Shown piece by piece: positions 45,256-53,373 of a stretch of DNA of 60,849 bases. Numbering within the stretch: position 1 is the first letter of the stretch; each line of letters opens with the position of its first letter. The DNA is from a virus (Duplodnaviria > Caudoviricetes), in the IMG/VR virus record IMGVR_UViG_3300042452_000489, positions 1 through 60,849 of that record. One strand, given 5' to 3'. Position numbers and translations under genes: made by a program. The notes beneath the pieces were generated by a model. It made no database searches and was not told the origin of the DNA. It saw only the letters and a list, made by a program, of their open reading frames with translations.

Positions 45256-45600
45256 TCATCCATTGAGTAGGGATCGGATGATGGCACCTTCCTGCTCCTG
45301 CTGCCTGAGCTTGGTGGCCATCATGGCCATCTCCTTCTCATGCTCCATGCGGCGCTGTTCCCGCATCTGCGCCAGCCGGGAATCATGCTCTCGCTGGAAG
45401 GCACCAGACACCTGATTGGCCATGCCCTGGAGAGCCTGCCCCTGCTGGCCGTGCATGCCGGCGGCAATAGCGGCTACGCCAGGAATACCACTCGGCTGGC
45501 CGTAGCCCTTGGCCTTCTCCATGTCAGCCCGGTAGCGCCGCATGCGCTCCTGCTTGACACGGTCTTCTTCGGATTCAAACAGGTTGCCAAGATCCATCAT
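45256..45600 (-). CDS. Small Gln/Met-rich helical protein
   Basis: GAGG RBS; composition. Confidence 0.65.
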   Translation of the reverse strand: MMDLGNLFESEEDRVKQERMRRYRADMEKAKGYGQPSGIPGVAAIAAGMHGQQGQALQGMANQVSGAFQREHDSRLAQMREQRRMEHEKEMAMMATKLRQQEQEGAIIRSLLNG

Positions 45601-45608
45601 GTGTCACC

Positions 45609-46586
45609 TCACTTACTATTGCCCCGCGTGGCCCTGCGGATAGCCATGTAAATCAAGGCTTTCCCCGCGAGCCGCACAAAAGGAAGTTTTCTCTTAGTGG
45701 ATTCCTCTTGGAGCCAATCGCAGATCGTCTCCACGTTCTGCTCGCACCATGCGACACCCTGGCGATCCATCTCCGCCGCGCGCTTGTTACAAGAGCATGA
45801 CGGCGACGACTTGATGCCGATCTTGGACAGCAGCTTCTTCAGCTCCGTCCCGGGACCGGCGGCCGGGGTGGATTCGACCGGCTTTTTACTCTTAGCCGAA
45901 AACGAAAGCGCTTCCAAGCCCGTGCAGGGGTCAACCTCTATGGCAGGCTGCGTCTGCGGATCGTCGCATGAAGTCACATGGATGGTATGAGACGGGATCG
46001 TTACCAGCTCAGTGCCTATATGCCACGTACCGCCATCTTCTACGCACTGCGACTCCGTGCCGGTGTCCGCGTACCAAAGCCATACTAAGTTGCCGCAGAC
46101 GTCCTCCGCCTGATACACGCAGAGTGTCGGGCACTCGCCGCAGCCGCCGTCGCAGCAGCACAGATTCGCCTCGGATGCCGACTCGCTGCCAGGATTGCCA
46201 TCCCAGCACCCAGGAAGTTCGGGGTCAAAGAACGTGCCGGTAGGGCAGCATCCCTGCCCCGGGGACAGGGCCTCTAGTTCTGGGTAGTACGTAGAGCCGA
46301 GCGTCTCGCAGCCGCAGTCCTCGTTGTCCTGACACCCGCACGGGTTGGGATCACAGGGGACGCCGTGTCCAAGCCACTCCCCACCCTCCCCGGTGCAGGT
46401 TTCCTCGTCAGCCGTCTGCGTGCAACCGAACACCTCGTCGCAGCAGGCACCCAAGCAGGGAGTCTCCTCGCACGCCCCGTCGCAGCAGTACTCGCCCTCC
46501 TGGCAGCAAGTCTCGCCACAGCAGCACTTGCCCTGTTCGCCTGCGCCACAGTCCTTGTTGCCACAGCAGCACTTACAGCAAGGCAC
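45609..46586 (-). CDS. Cys-rich protein (about 40 Cys)
   Basis: GGAGG RBS with GTG at 46586; CC/CCC clusters, GACC...GGEW...C unit, C-terminal GPGTELK...CSC domain. Confidence 0.8.
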   Translation of the reverse strand: MPCCKCCCGNKDCGAGEQGKCCCGETCCQEGEYCCDGACEETPCLGACCDEVFGCTQTADEETCTGEGGEWLGHGVPCDPNPCGCQDNEDCGCETLGSTYYPELEALSPGQGCCPTGTFFDPELPGCWDGNPGSESASEANLCCCDGGCGECPTLCVYQAEDVCGNLVWLWYADTGTESQCVEDGGTWHIGTELVTIPSHTIHVTSCDDPQTQPAIEVDPCTGLEALSFSAKSKKPVESTPAAGPGTELKKLLSKIGIKSSPSCSCNKRAAEMDRQGVAWCEQNVETICDWLQEESTKRKLPFVRLAGKALIYMAIRRATRGNSK

Positions 46587-46622
46587 GGGAGCCTCCAAGG
46601 TCGAAACAGGCCAGATGGTGGC

Positions 46623-46639
46623 CCTAAAGGCAAATGGCC
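46623..46639 (-). promoter_or_regulatory. Candidate late promoter at the head of the structural arm
   Basis: GGCCATTTGCCTTTAGG, 12/17 match to the motif. Confidence 0.45.
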
Positions 46640-46982
46640 GGGAGAACGCAAACTAGAGGCCATGGAAGCGAATCACAGGCTGGAGCGCGGGGGATGGGTC
46701 GCGAAAACGCGGCAATGGCGCCACGTGGGGGCTAGAGGGGTGAAAAAAGTCGGGAGGGGAACGTGATGATGAGACGCTTCGGCCTGGGGGGGTTGGGGGT
46801 GTCCGAAACCCTGCGATTCGGCCGGGATAGAATCGGTCGCAAGTACTTGCGGCGCATAGACTTACGTTTTCCCGCAAGTCTACGCCGTCGAATCGGCCAA
46901 TCCTTGCGGAACCGTAAGGTTGCCTGGAAGGGCCTGAAACCGGGCCCGCGACTAGTTCGGATGCATCCGCCCCCCCTGCGCA

Positions 46983-47021
46983 TAAAAAGGCCCGGGGAAG
47001 GATTGCTCCCGCCCCGGGCCC
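46983..47021 (-). terminator. Intrinsic terminator
   Basis: GGCCCGGGG...CCCCGGGCC followed by TTTTT, downstream of the 47606 gene. Confidence 0.8.
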
Positions 47022-47045
47022 TCTCGCGTCAGGCTGTCCCTCGCG

Positions 47046-47606
47046 TCACTCGGCCGCGAATCCACAAGCCTCCCGCACTAGTTCCCTCACCCCGGGCAAC
47101 CCGAGCCGCTTTGCCAGCCGGTACGCCTTGCGGGAGTGTACGGGCGTTTTCGCGATCCGCTCGCAGGCAACCGCGACCGACTCGGGGGTCGGGTTGCAAC
47201 GCTCCCGCAATCGCTCCCGCATTGCCAGTTCCGCGGCGCAGGCCCGCATGACACTCACCTTGATCGGGTTGCCCGCACTATCCCGGGGAACCCTTTTCCC
47301 CCGTGCCTGCCTGCGCTGCCCGGTGAAACCGTGCCAGTGCGACCGCCGTGCATAGGCCCGCACGGAATAGAAGGCCCTTGCATGGTCGCCCCGGGGGATT
47401 GCGAGCCTCCCCCAGTTCCGGCCAAGCCAATGGGCATAAAACTGGCTCGCGGCCTCCTCGGCGGCATCTTCCGACAGCCCGTCTCGCAGGGCTGCAATCC
47501 TGAAGCCCTCCCGCAGTGTCACATGCTGCGCCGGTGAAAGATCGGCGGGGTTGTAAGGCTGCGGCGGGAACACGCACGCGGAACCGATGTCCTGGAAAAC
47601 TTTCAT
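47046..47606 (-). CDS. Hypothetical protein with an ECF-sigma region 2-like segment
   Basis: GGAGG RBS and own terminator; RDGLSEDAAEEAASQFYAHWL. Confidence 0.55.
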   Translation of the reverse strand: MKVFQDIGSACVFPPQPYNPADLSPAQHVTLREGFRIAALRDGLSEDAAEEAASQFYAHWLGRNWGRLAIPRGDHARAFYSVRAYARRSHWHGFTGQRRQARGKRVPRDSAGNPIKVSVMRACAAELAMRERLRERCNPTPESVAVACERIAKTPVHSRKAYRLAKRLGLPGVRELVREACGFAAE

Positions 47607-47649
47607 GGTCTTATCCTCCGTTGGTTGCCCCCGGGTTTCCCCCCGGGCG

Positions 47650-47945
47650 GTTTGCTTACTATCGCATACATCGGCAAGCGTTACTAGTCCCCTGAAACAC
47701 GGCCAAAAGATTTTTCCAAAGATTTTTTTCGGGGTGGGGCAATCTTACTAGTGCGATGCGATGCCGCGGTGAGAGTTGTAAGACTCTCCCGCGGTGCGTG
47801 TTGTGGAACGGTGCGTCTTCACTGGCATCAACTATGCCGCCAGCGTCCGCAGTGAAAAATCTTTCGGGATTTTTTGTGCGGTGAGGCAATGTAGATGATG
47901 CGGTGACGATGATGCGGTGAGAGTAAACGTTTTACTTAATCCGCA
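47650..47945. promoter_or_regulatory. Divergent early control region with repeated boxes
   Basis: AAAGATTTTT at 47706-47715 and 47718-47727, inverted at 47855-47864; TTACTAGT twice. Confidence 0.6.
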
Positions 47946-47969
47946 TGCGGGCAGTCGCGTGGAGGTTCC

Positions 47970-48311
47970 ATGTCCAAGGAAGATCGTTCCTTGGTGATCA
48001 TGGCGGCCCTGGCGGAACCGCTTCGTCTTCTCCGTGAGAAGGGCAGCGTTGCTGTGCCTTCTGACGAGCTGGCGATTCGGGCAGTCAAGGGGTGTCTGAA
48101 CACCAAGACGGGTGCGTGGCGGGCTACCAAGCCTGCTGGCGATGAGGCCGGGTTGCTCTGGCAACTGGTCAAGTTTCACCGCTCTGGCGGCAGTCTCTAT
48201 GGCTGGCCGTGGTTCGCAGACGAGCGGCTGCGTGACGAGTTGGACACGCTGGCAGTTGTGCTGCTCGGCGGGTCGCGTGCTGCCAGCGAATGGCAGCGTG
48301 TTCTGTCCTGA
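47970..48311 (+). CDS. Early hypothetical protein
   Basis: GGAGG RBS. Confidence 0.75.
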   Translation: MSKEDRSLVIMAALAEPLRLLREKGSVAVPSDELAIRAVKGCLNTKTGAWRATKPAGDEAGLLWQLVKFHRSGGSLYGWPWFADERLRDELDTLAVVLLGGSRAASEWQRVLS

Positions 48312-48424
48312 CGGGATTCGATCCCGGGCAGGTGGCTGCGGCTAACGGGCGATTGCCCAGGTAAGTCCGAATGCTGCCTGCTCGGGTTCGGTTGCCGTTG
48401 TGGTAACCATTCACGGAGGTGCGT

Positions 48425-49234
48425 ATGGTCGCGAGATCACGCACCGCCCGTCCGCTCGGTGTCATTCTGCACCGGGGCAGGTCTTCGTTCGACGGCTCGC
48501 CGTATGTGGTGATCATGCCACTCGGCAAGTCTTCCAATGCGAAGACCGGCAAGATGCTCCAGACCTACATCATAAGGTCGCATGTGCATCCTCTGGCGGC
48601 GGTGCAGTCCGGTGGCGACGTTGCGATCTGCAACGATTGCCCGATGCGTGGGCTGGTAGCTACGCAGAAGCGCAGGTCCAAGAAGAAGAACTTCAGGGCC
48701 TGCTATGTCAACGTCGGCCAGGGACCGACCATGGTGTACGGTGCGTTCAGACGCGGCCGTTACGTGGACTACAACCCGGTCGAACATGATCAGTTCATCC
48801 GTGGCCGCAAGATTCGCTTCGGCACATACGGTGAGCCGGTCCTGATTCCGTTCGATCTGATGATGCATCTGGCCAGCCTGTCCGATGGCTGGACCGGGTA
48901 CACCCATCAGTGGAGCAATTCGCTGTTCGGCGACTACAGGCAGCTGCTCATGGCGTCAGTCCATGGGCTCACCGGCCCGTGGTCGCGTGAGCATGCCAAG
49001 TCTCTCGGCTGGCGTACCTTCCGCACCATGCGGGGCGGCGAGCCGGCTGACGACGAGGTCTTGTGCCCGGCGAGCAAGGAAGCCGGTCACCGGCTGTCCT
49101 GTCTCACGTGCAATCTGTGTGACGGGGCTGGTCGCAGAAAGATCGGCCTGGATCTAGTTGATGTCTACATCCCCGGGCATGGTGGCAAGGCCGTGATGTC
49201 AGCGGTCGCCAATCTGCCCATCCTGCAAGCGTGA
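48425..49234 (+). CDS. Cys-motif phage protein, possibly Fe-S or radical-SAM-like
   Basis: NAKTG, C-x2-C...CY, RFGTYGEP, GYTHQW, CPA...C-x2-C-x2-C; GGAGG RBS. Confidence 0.6.
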   Translation: MVARSRTARPLGVILHRGRSSFDGSPYVVIMPLGKSSNAKTGKMLQTYIIRSHVHPLAAVQSGGDVAICNDCPMRGLVATQKRRSKKKNFRACYVNVGQGPTMVYGAFRRGRYVDYNPVEHDQFIRGRKIRFGTYGEPVLIPFDLMMHLASLSDGWTGYTHQWSNSLFGDYRQLLMASVHGLTGPWSREHAKSLGWRTFRTMRGGEPADDEVLCPASKEAGHRLSCLTCNLCDGAGRRKIGLDLVDVYIPGHGGKAVMSAVANLPILQA

Positions 49235-49242
49235 GGTGTGAC

Positions 49243-49470
49243 ATGCGGCGAATCGTAGATGCGTACTACTCCGCCGACCTGAAGTGCTGGGTCCGGCTGG
49301 AGCGTGAGGCGGATGGCGAGTGGTGCCACACGCCTGGATATGCCAGCCGGGCAGAGGCGGTTGCGTCTCACTTGTTAACGGCTACGGCAGTTGTGGCTCA
49401 CTTTGGCGGTCAAAGTGCAACGCAATGGATTCACCCTTGTGACAAAGGAGGTGCCAAGTGCCCGAACTAA
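49243..49470 (+). CDS. Early hypothetical protein
   Basis: GAGG RBS. Confidence 0.55.
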   Translation: MRRIVDAYYSADLKCWVRLEREADGEWCHTPGYASRAEAVASHLLTATAVVAHFGGQSATQWIHPCDKGGAKCPN

Positions 49471-49664
49471 CTGACCTGGAGCAGGGCAGGTGCTTTGTCC
49501 TGCTCAGTGACTGCGAGACATGGGACACGGCGCAGGACTGCGTGGTGCGGTTCTCCACTGCCGAACAGGATGCAAAGCATGAGTGGGGTGACCGGATCGA
49601 AGGATACCGGGACATCTCCATCGAAGAGCTGGTTCGACATTACCTTTCAACCACGGGGGTGTAA
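49458..49664 (+). CDS. Early hypothetical protein
   Basis: AGGAGG RBS with GTG. Confidence 0.6.
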   Translation: MPELTDLEQGRCFVLLSDCETWDTAQDCVVRFSTAEQDAKHEWGDRIEGYRDISIEELVRHYLSTTGV

Positions 49665-49665
49665 C

Positions 49666-49986
49666 GTGGAATGCCGGGCATACAACGGGTGGACCAACTA
49701 CGAAACGTGGAACGTCAACCTGTGGATCGACAACGAGCAGGCCGAGCAGGAGTACTGGCGTGAACGTGCCGGCGCGTGCATCGACATGACGGACAGCGAT
49801 GCGGACGCCATTGCGGCCCTATCAAACGAGCTGGAGGCCGTGTTCGATGACCTGTACGACGAGCAGAAGCCTGCCTACGGTGCGCTGTCCGACTTGCTTC
49901 GGGCAGCACTATCCGAGGTGAACTGGCATGAGATTGCGCAGCATCACATCGAAGCCGTGAAGGAGGAATCCGATGCGACGAGTTGA
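49666..49986 (+). CDS. Acidic early protein (YNGWTNYETW type)
   Basis: YNGWTNYETWNVNLW...VNWHEIA; very acidic. Confidence 0.75.
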   Translation: MECRAYNGWTNYETWNVNLWIDNEQAEQEYWRERAGACIDMTDSDADAIAALSNELEAVFDDLYDEQKPAYGALSDLLRAALSEVNWHEIAQHHIEAVKEESDATS

Positions 49987-50311
49987 AACCTACCGTGGCT
50001 CCAAGGAGTTCGTCCTTGCCTTGGAACCCGACGACTTGATCTTCATGCAGCCGACGTTCGACCGCATTCGCTTGGACTGGGCCAAGGAATGGCAGCGGCG
50101 GGGCAGCGTGGACGAGGGGTCATGCTGCCTCGGTGTCGGTGTGTCGGTGTACTACATGCGACCAGGGAAGCGTAAGCCTGAGCGTAGGCAGGTCATCTCA
50201 TGGACATGGACGCAGGGTGATCTGGAGGCAGATCGGACCCGCCACCTACCGCTGGGAATGCTCGCAGAGCATGGCGTGCTGGGTGTGTATGACTGTGGGC
50301 GGATGGACTAG
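49973..50311 (+). CDS. Early hypothetical protein
   Basis: AGGAGG RBS. Confidence 0.65.
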   Translation: MRRVETYRGSKEFVLALEPDDLIFMQPTFDRIRLDWAKEWQRRGSVDEGSCCLGVGVSVYYMRPGKRKPERRQVISWTWTQGDLEADRTRHLPLGMLAEHGVLGVYDCGRMD

Positions 50312-50321
50312 GGGGTGAAAC

Positions 50322-50576
50322 GTGCTGGACAAGCAAGTGTTCGATGCCCTGTGCGACAGCCAAGATGGCGGGCAGGTGCTGACTCGGCGGCTGAAGGCGA
50401 AGCCCATCGAAGATCAGCATGAGTGGGGCGATGCCCTGAGCGATGTGGTTCTGGGCGTGTATCGGGATGCCGACGACCGCGACCAGCTCCTTACGCACCT
50501 GCGGTACTGCGTGCGGGAGTTGCAGTCGGCTGTTGATGCTGTCCGCAGACTGGAGGAGGTGGCTGATGCCGTCTGA
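50322..50576 (+). CDS. Early hypothetical protein
   Basis: Fills the cluster slot. Confidence 0.6.
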   Translation: MLDKQVFDALCDSQDGGQVLTRRLKAKPIEDQHEWGDALSDVVLGVYRDADDRDQLLTHLRYCVRELQSAVDAVRRLEEVADAV

Positions 50577-50892
50577 GGTAGTCGGCAAGTTCCCCGTGCG
50601 GGGCAACCATGTGGTGCTATGCCGCGTGGAATATCACAAGGGCAGGGGGTACTTCTTCTGTGCCGACCCGGTGCAGGAGCGTGAGGATGGGATCACCGTC
50701 ATCAACCTTGGCATGGTGATGGCTGGCCGGATGGAGTTGTTGCAGGATGCCAAGCGGTTTTCGCAGAAGACATTCGACAGCCTTGTCCATGAGTATCGCC
50801 TGCTGTGCAGGGCCGAGGATCCCCGGGTCATGCGGCATGTGGCCGAAGCGACTGAACGTGTACCACAGGAGGTGAGCAATGCGTCTAGCTGA
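50566..50892 (+). CDS. Early hypothetical protein
   Basis: GGAGG RBS. Confidence 0.65.
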   Translation: MPSEVVGKFPVRGNHVVLCRVEYHKGRGYFFCADPVQEREDGITVINLGMVMAGRMELLQDAKRFSQKTFDSLVHEYRLLCRAEDPRVMRHVAEATERVPQEVSNASS

Positions 50893-51067
50893 ACTGGAGG
50901 CATTCATCGACCGCGTCAACGACGTTGACGATGGATGCTACCCGTGCAAGTACGGCCACGGCGGATGCTCTGACCGCTATCTCGGTCGGTGTTCGGACGA
51001 GGCTTGGCATCAGCAGTGCAGCGACGAGTCCGACGAGGAGTACGACGAACGAATGGAGGGTGAGTGA
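50879..51067 (+). CDS. Small acidic Cys/His protein
   Basis: GGAGG RBS; CKYGHGGC...C. Confidence 0.6.
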   Translation: MRLAELEAFIDRVNDVDDGCYPCKYGHGGCSDRYLGRCSDEAWHQQCSDESDEEYDERMEGE

Positions 51068-51181
51068 TGTGCCCCATGTGTGACTGCTGCGAGGTAGCGT
51101 GGGCCGCCCCGCTTGGTTCTCTCTGGCATGCCTGCTGCCGTGCATGTGGAATGCTGTACACTTTTACACCGGAGGAATGCG

Positions 51182-51628
51182 ATGAGCCTTGAGTACAGCA
51201 TATTCCGATTCAGTGATGACTACCCGACTGCCGATGGGCTGTCGGAGATGATCATGCAGGTGGCGATGAACGACGGCGGCGGCGAGATGGAGGGCGAGGT
51301 TCTTCGCCGTCTGGTAGATGCGGCGTGGCATCTCCGCACCATCGAAGCCACCGAGGAGGCGGAGGACGAGGACGAGGTGGACATTCCGTCCGTGCGGGAG
51401 CCGGGCTCCCTGTACATGGCCAAGTATGCCGCTGCTTGCAAGGCGATTGGCGAGCCATGCAGTGACGGCGATGCGTGGTGGGAGGATTGGTGGCCGACCA
51501 CCTGCCTGTGGCACCCCGATGACATCGCTCATCTGGCACGGCTAAAGGCGGGTGAGACTCGGGCTGTACGGAGACAGCTGCGGGAGGAGTTTGCCAAGCA
51601 CAAGGAGGTGTCCGATGGAACTGCGTGA
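51182..51628 (+). CDS. Acidic early hypothetical protein
   Basis: GGAGG RBS. Confidence 0.65.
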   Translation: MSLEYSIFRFSDDYPTADGLSEMIMQVAMNDGGGEMEGEVLRRLVDAAWHLRTIEATEEAEDEDEVDIPSVREPGSLYMAKYAAACKAIGEPCSDGDAWWEDWWPTTCLWHPDDIAHLARLKAGETRAVRRQLREEFAKHKEVSDGTA

Positions 51629-51842
51629 CTGCACCAGAGACGGCCGCATATGCGTCGGCGCAACGGTGTTCGTTGGGTCGCACGCTCTCGGCCGGGACGA
51701 TTACTGGGACACAGTGCGTGGTGTGTTCGACCAGACCACAGTCCTAGAGCCATACGCCCGCAATGAAACTGCCGAGGCGCTTGTCTTAACTGAGCATTCT
51801 TGGTGTTTCGTATCCGATGTCACGGAGTATTCCAATGGCTAA
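51615..51842 (+). CDS. Early hypothetical protein
   Basis: GGAGG RBS. Confidence 0.6.
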   Translation: MELRDCTRDGRICVGATVFVGSHALGRDDYWDTVRGVFDQTTVLEPYARNETAEALVLTEHSWCFVSDVTEYSNG

Positions 51843-52134
51843 AGCCAAAGCTGGATGTGTAACGACAAGCGAAACATGGGAGGGATTTCACTTCACGTGC
51901 AACGCAGACCAAGCAATGTGGCTTTTTGCTGCGATGAAGGATGCCCAGCGTGCGGTGCAGGCCCGGCCGCACCACGGGTTCAGTGGCGATGCCCCGTACG
52001 AACAGTTCCTGACCAGCGCCGACCAGTGGAAATTCTACGGCGACTTGGCCGCGCAATGCATGAGATACGCCGTGGACAACAAAGCGCATCCGCTGTGGCG
52101 GTATCCAGACGGAAGGATGGGCCGAAACGTGTGA
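51835..52134 (+). CDS. Early hypothetical protein
   Basis: GGAG RBS. Confidence 0.6.
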   Translation: MAKAKAGCVTTSETWEGFHFTCNADQAMWLFAAMKDAQRAVQARPHHGFSGDAPYEQFLTSADQWKFYGDLAAQCMRYAVDNKAHPLWRYPDGRMGRNV

Positions 52135-52157
52135 ACCCCGACACATGGAGGTGTCCG

Positions 52158-52286
52158 ATGTGGGCAGTGCGAACAAGGAAGGCAATCCTGGCGACGTTCA
52201 GTGACCGCTGGGAGGCGGAGGAATGGATGCGGACTTGGCGTTCCATCCATGGGGCAAGGTGTTACCTAGTGCGAACGGAGAACTGA
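52158..52286 (+). CDS. 42-aa early protein
   Basis: GGAGG RBS. Confidence 0.5.
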   Translation: MWAVRTRKAILATFSDRWEAEEWMRTWRSIHGARCYLVRTEN

Positions 52287-52287
52287 C

Positions 52288-52500
52288 ATGAGCTTTCGGC
52301 CGATGGTGAAGGTGGGCAACGAGTGGGCTGGTAACGGCGTGCGGTTTGCCACCAGGGAGGAGGCCGAGGCATCCGCCCTTGACCTGTCCTTGCGGTGGAC
52401 GTTGGTACTGGATCACAGGGCCGACGAGTCGGGCGATGCGGTAAACTGTGCGTGGGATCCGAGCCGAGGCAACGTGCGTCTGGAGGTGGTCAATGCCTGA
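52288..52500 (+). CDS. Early hypothetical protein
   Basis: GGAG RBS; WAGNGVRFATREEA. Confidence 0.7.
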   Translation: MSFRPMVKVGNEWAGNGVRFATREEAEASALDLSLRWTLVLDHRADESGDAVNCAWDPSRGNVRLEVVNA

Positions 52501-52735
52501 GAATCATTTCGCGGAACTGTATCGGCAGGTGCGACAAGCACTGGCGACCGGCAAGCGTAAGGCTGTGCATGCCGACATCCTTGCTGCCCACATGCATGAC
52601 CGGCCGCAGGGGTTCATCACGCGAGACAGCAGCGGGCTGGTGCGGCAGTACCGCAACAGCGTGTCATGTGATCCGGCGCATCTGATTGAGGCCGCAATCG
52701 CCTACCAAGAGGAGACTGCTAATGCCAACGATTGA
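52493..52735 (+). CDS. Early hypothetical protein
   Basis: GGAGG RBS. Confidence 0.6.
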   Translation: MPENHFAELYRQVRQALATGKRKAVHADILAAHMHDRPQGFITRDSSGLVRQYRNSVSCDPAHLIEAAIAYQEETANAND

Positions 52736-52895
52736 ACTGACCGACGAGCAGGCCGATGAGCTGCGTGATGTGCTGCAACGGGAGGTCGATCACTTGTCGC
52801 ATCTGGTGGAGGGGTCTTCGCATGCCGACGACATCATCGACCAGCATCGAAAGTCTGTCCTGTCCGACATCCTTGAACTACTGGAGATTGCGTGA
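52722..52895 (+). CDS. Early hypothetical protein
   Basis: GGAG RBS. Confidence 0.55.
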   Translation: MPTIELTDEQADELRDVLQREVDHLSHLVEGSSHADDIIDQHRKSVLSDILELLEIA

Positions 52896-53146
52896 TGACC
52901 TTTGAAGAATGGCAGGCAACCCGCCGGTCCATCGCTCAGGTGGGGCCGGCATACGATGCGGTGAAGAACCACTTCGGCTACGTGCCGGACGATGTGATCA
53001 GCGTGTACGAATACGACCCCGGCGTACTGGTCGCCCTCAGGACCGGGCAGTACTTCACGCACATCGGACGAGAGGAATACACCGGCACGCTGGATGCCGT
53101 GGAGCGGAGACTGTGGGACGATTACGCCAAGAGGGAGGTGGGATGA
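52892..53146 (+). CDS. Early hypothetical protein
   Basis: Coupled start and stop. Confidence 0.6.
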   Translation: MMTFEEWQATRRSIAQVGPAYDAVKNHFGYVPDDVISVYEYDPGVLVALRTGQYFTHIGREEYTGTLDAVERRLWDDYAKREVG

Positions 53147-53373
53147 TGGGCATTACCAATCCGTCTGCCGCGTGCGAATTGCACAGTGCGTTGGCTGACA
53201 TGCTGGAGGAGTATGAATACGACACCGAATGCCATGAGCAGACCGGGATGGACTCCCATTCGCAACGCGACATCATTCTGCGGGCGAAGCAGGCTATCGC
53301 TCACTTCACTGGAGAGCCAGTGGCACCGTGCTACTGGGAGGCCGAGGACTACGAAGCACCGGAGGATGACTAA
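53143..53373 (+). CDS. Acidic early hypothetical protein
   Basis: GGAGG RBS. Confidence 0.55.
   Translation: MMGITNPSAACELHSALADMLEEYEYDTECHEQTGMDSHSQRDIILRAKQAIAHFTGEPVAPCYWEAEDYEAPEDD

Noticed and set aside
48312-48332. tRNA gene at GGGATTCGATCCC
   Set aside because: Only a T-arm-like hairpin; no D arm, anticodon arm or CCA. Kept as a structured-element finding.
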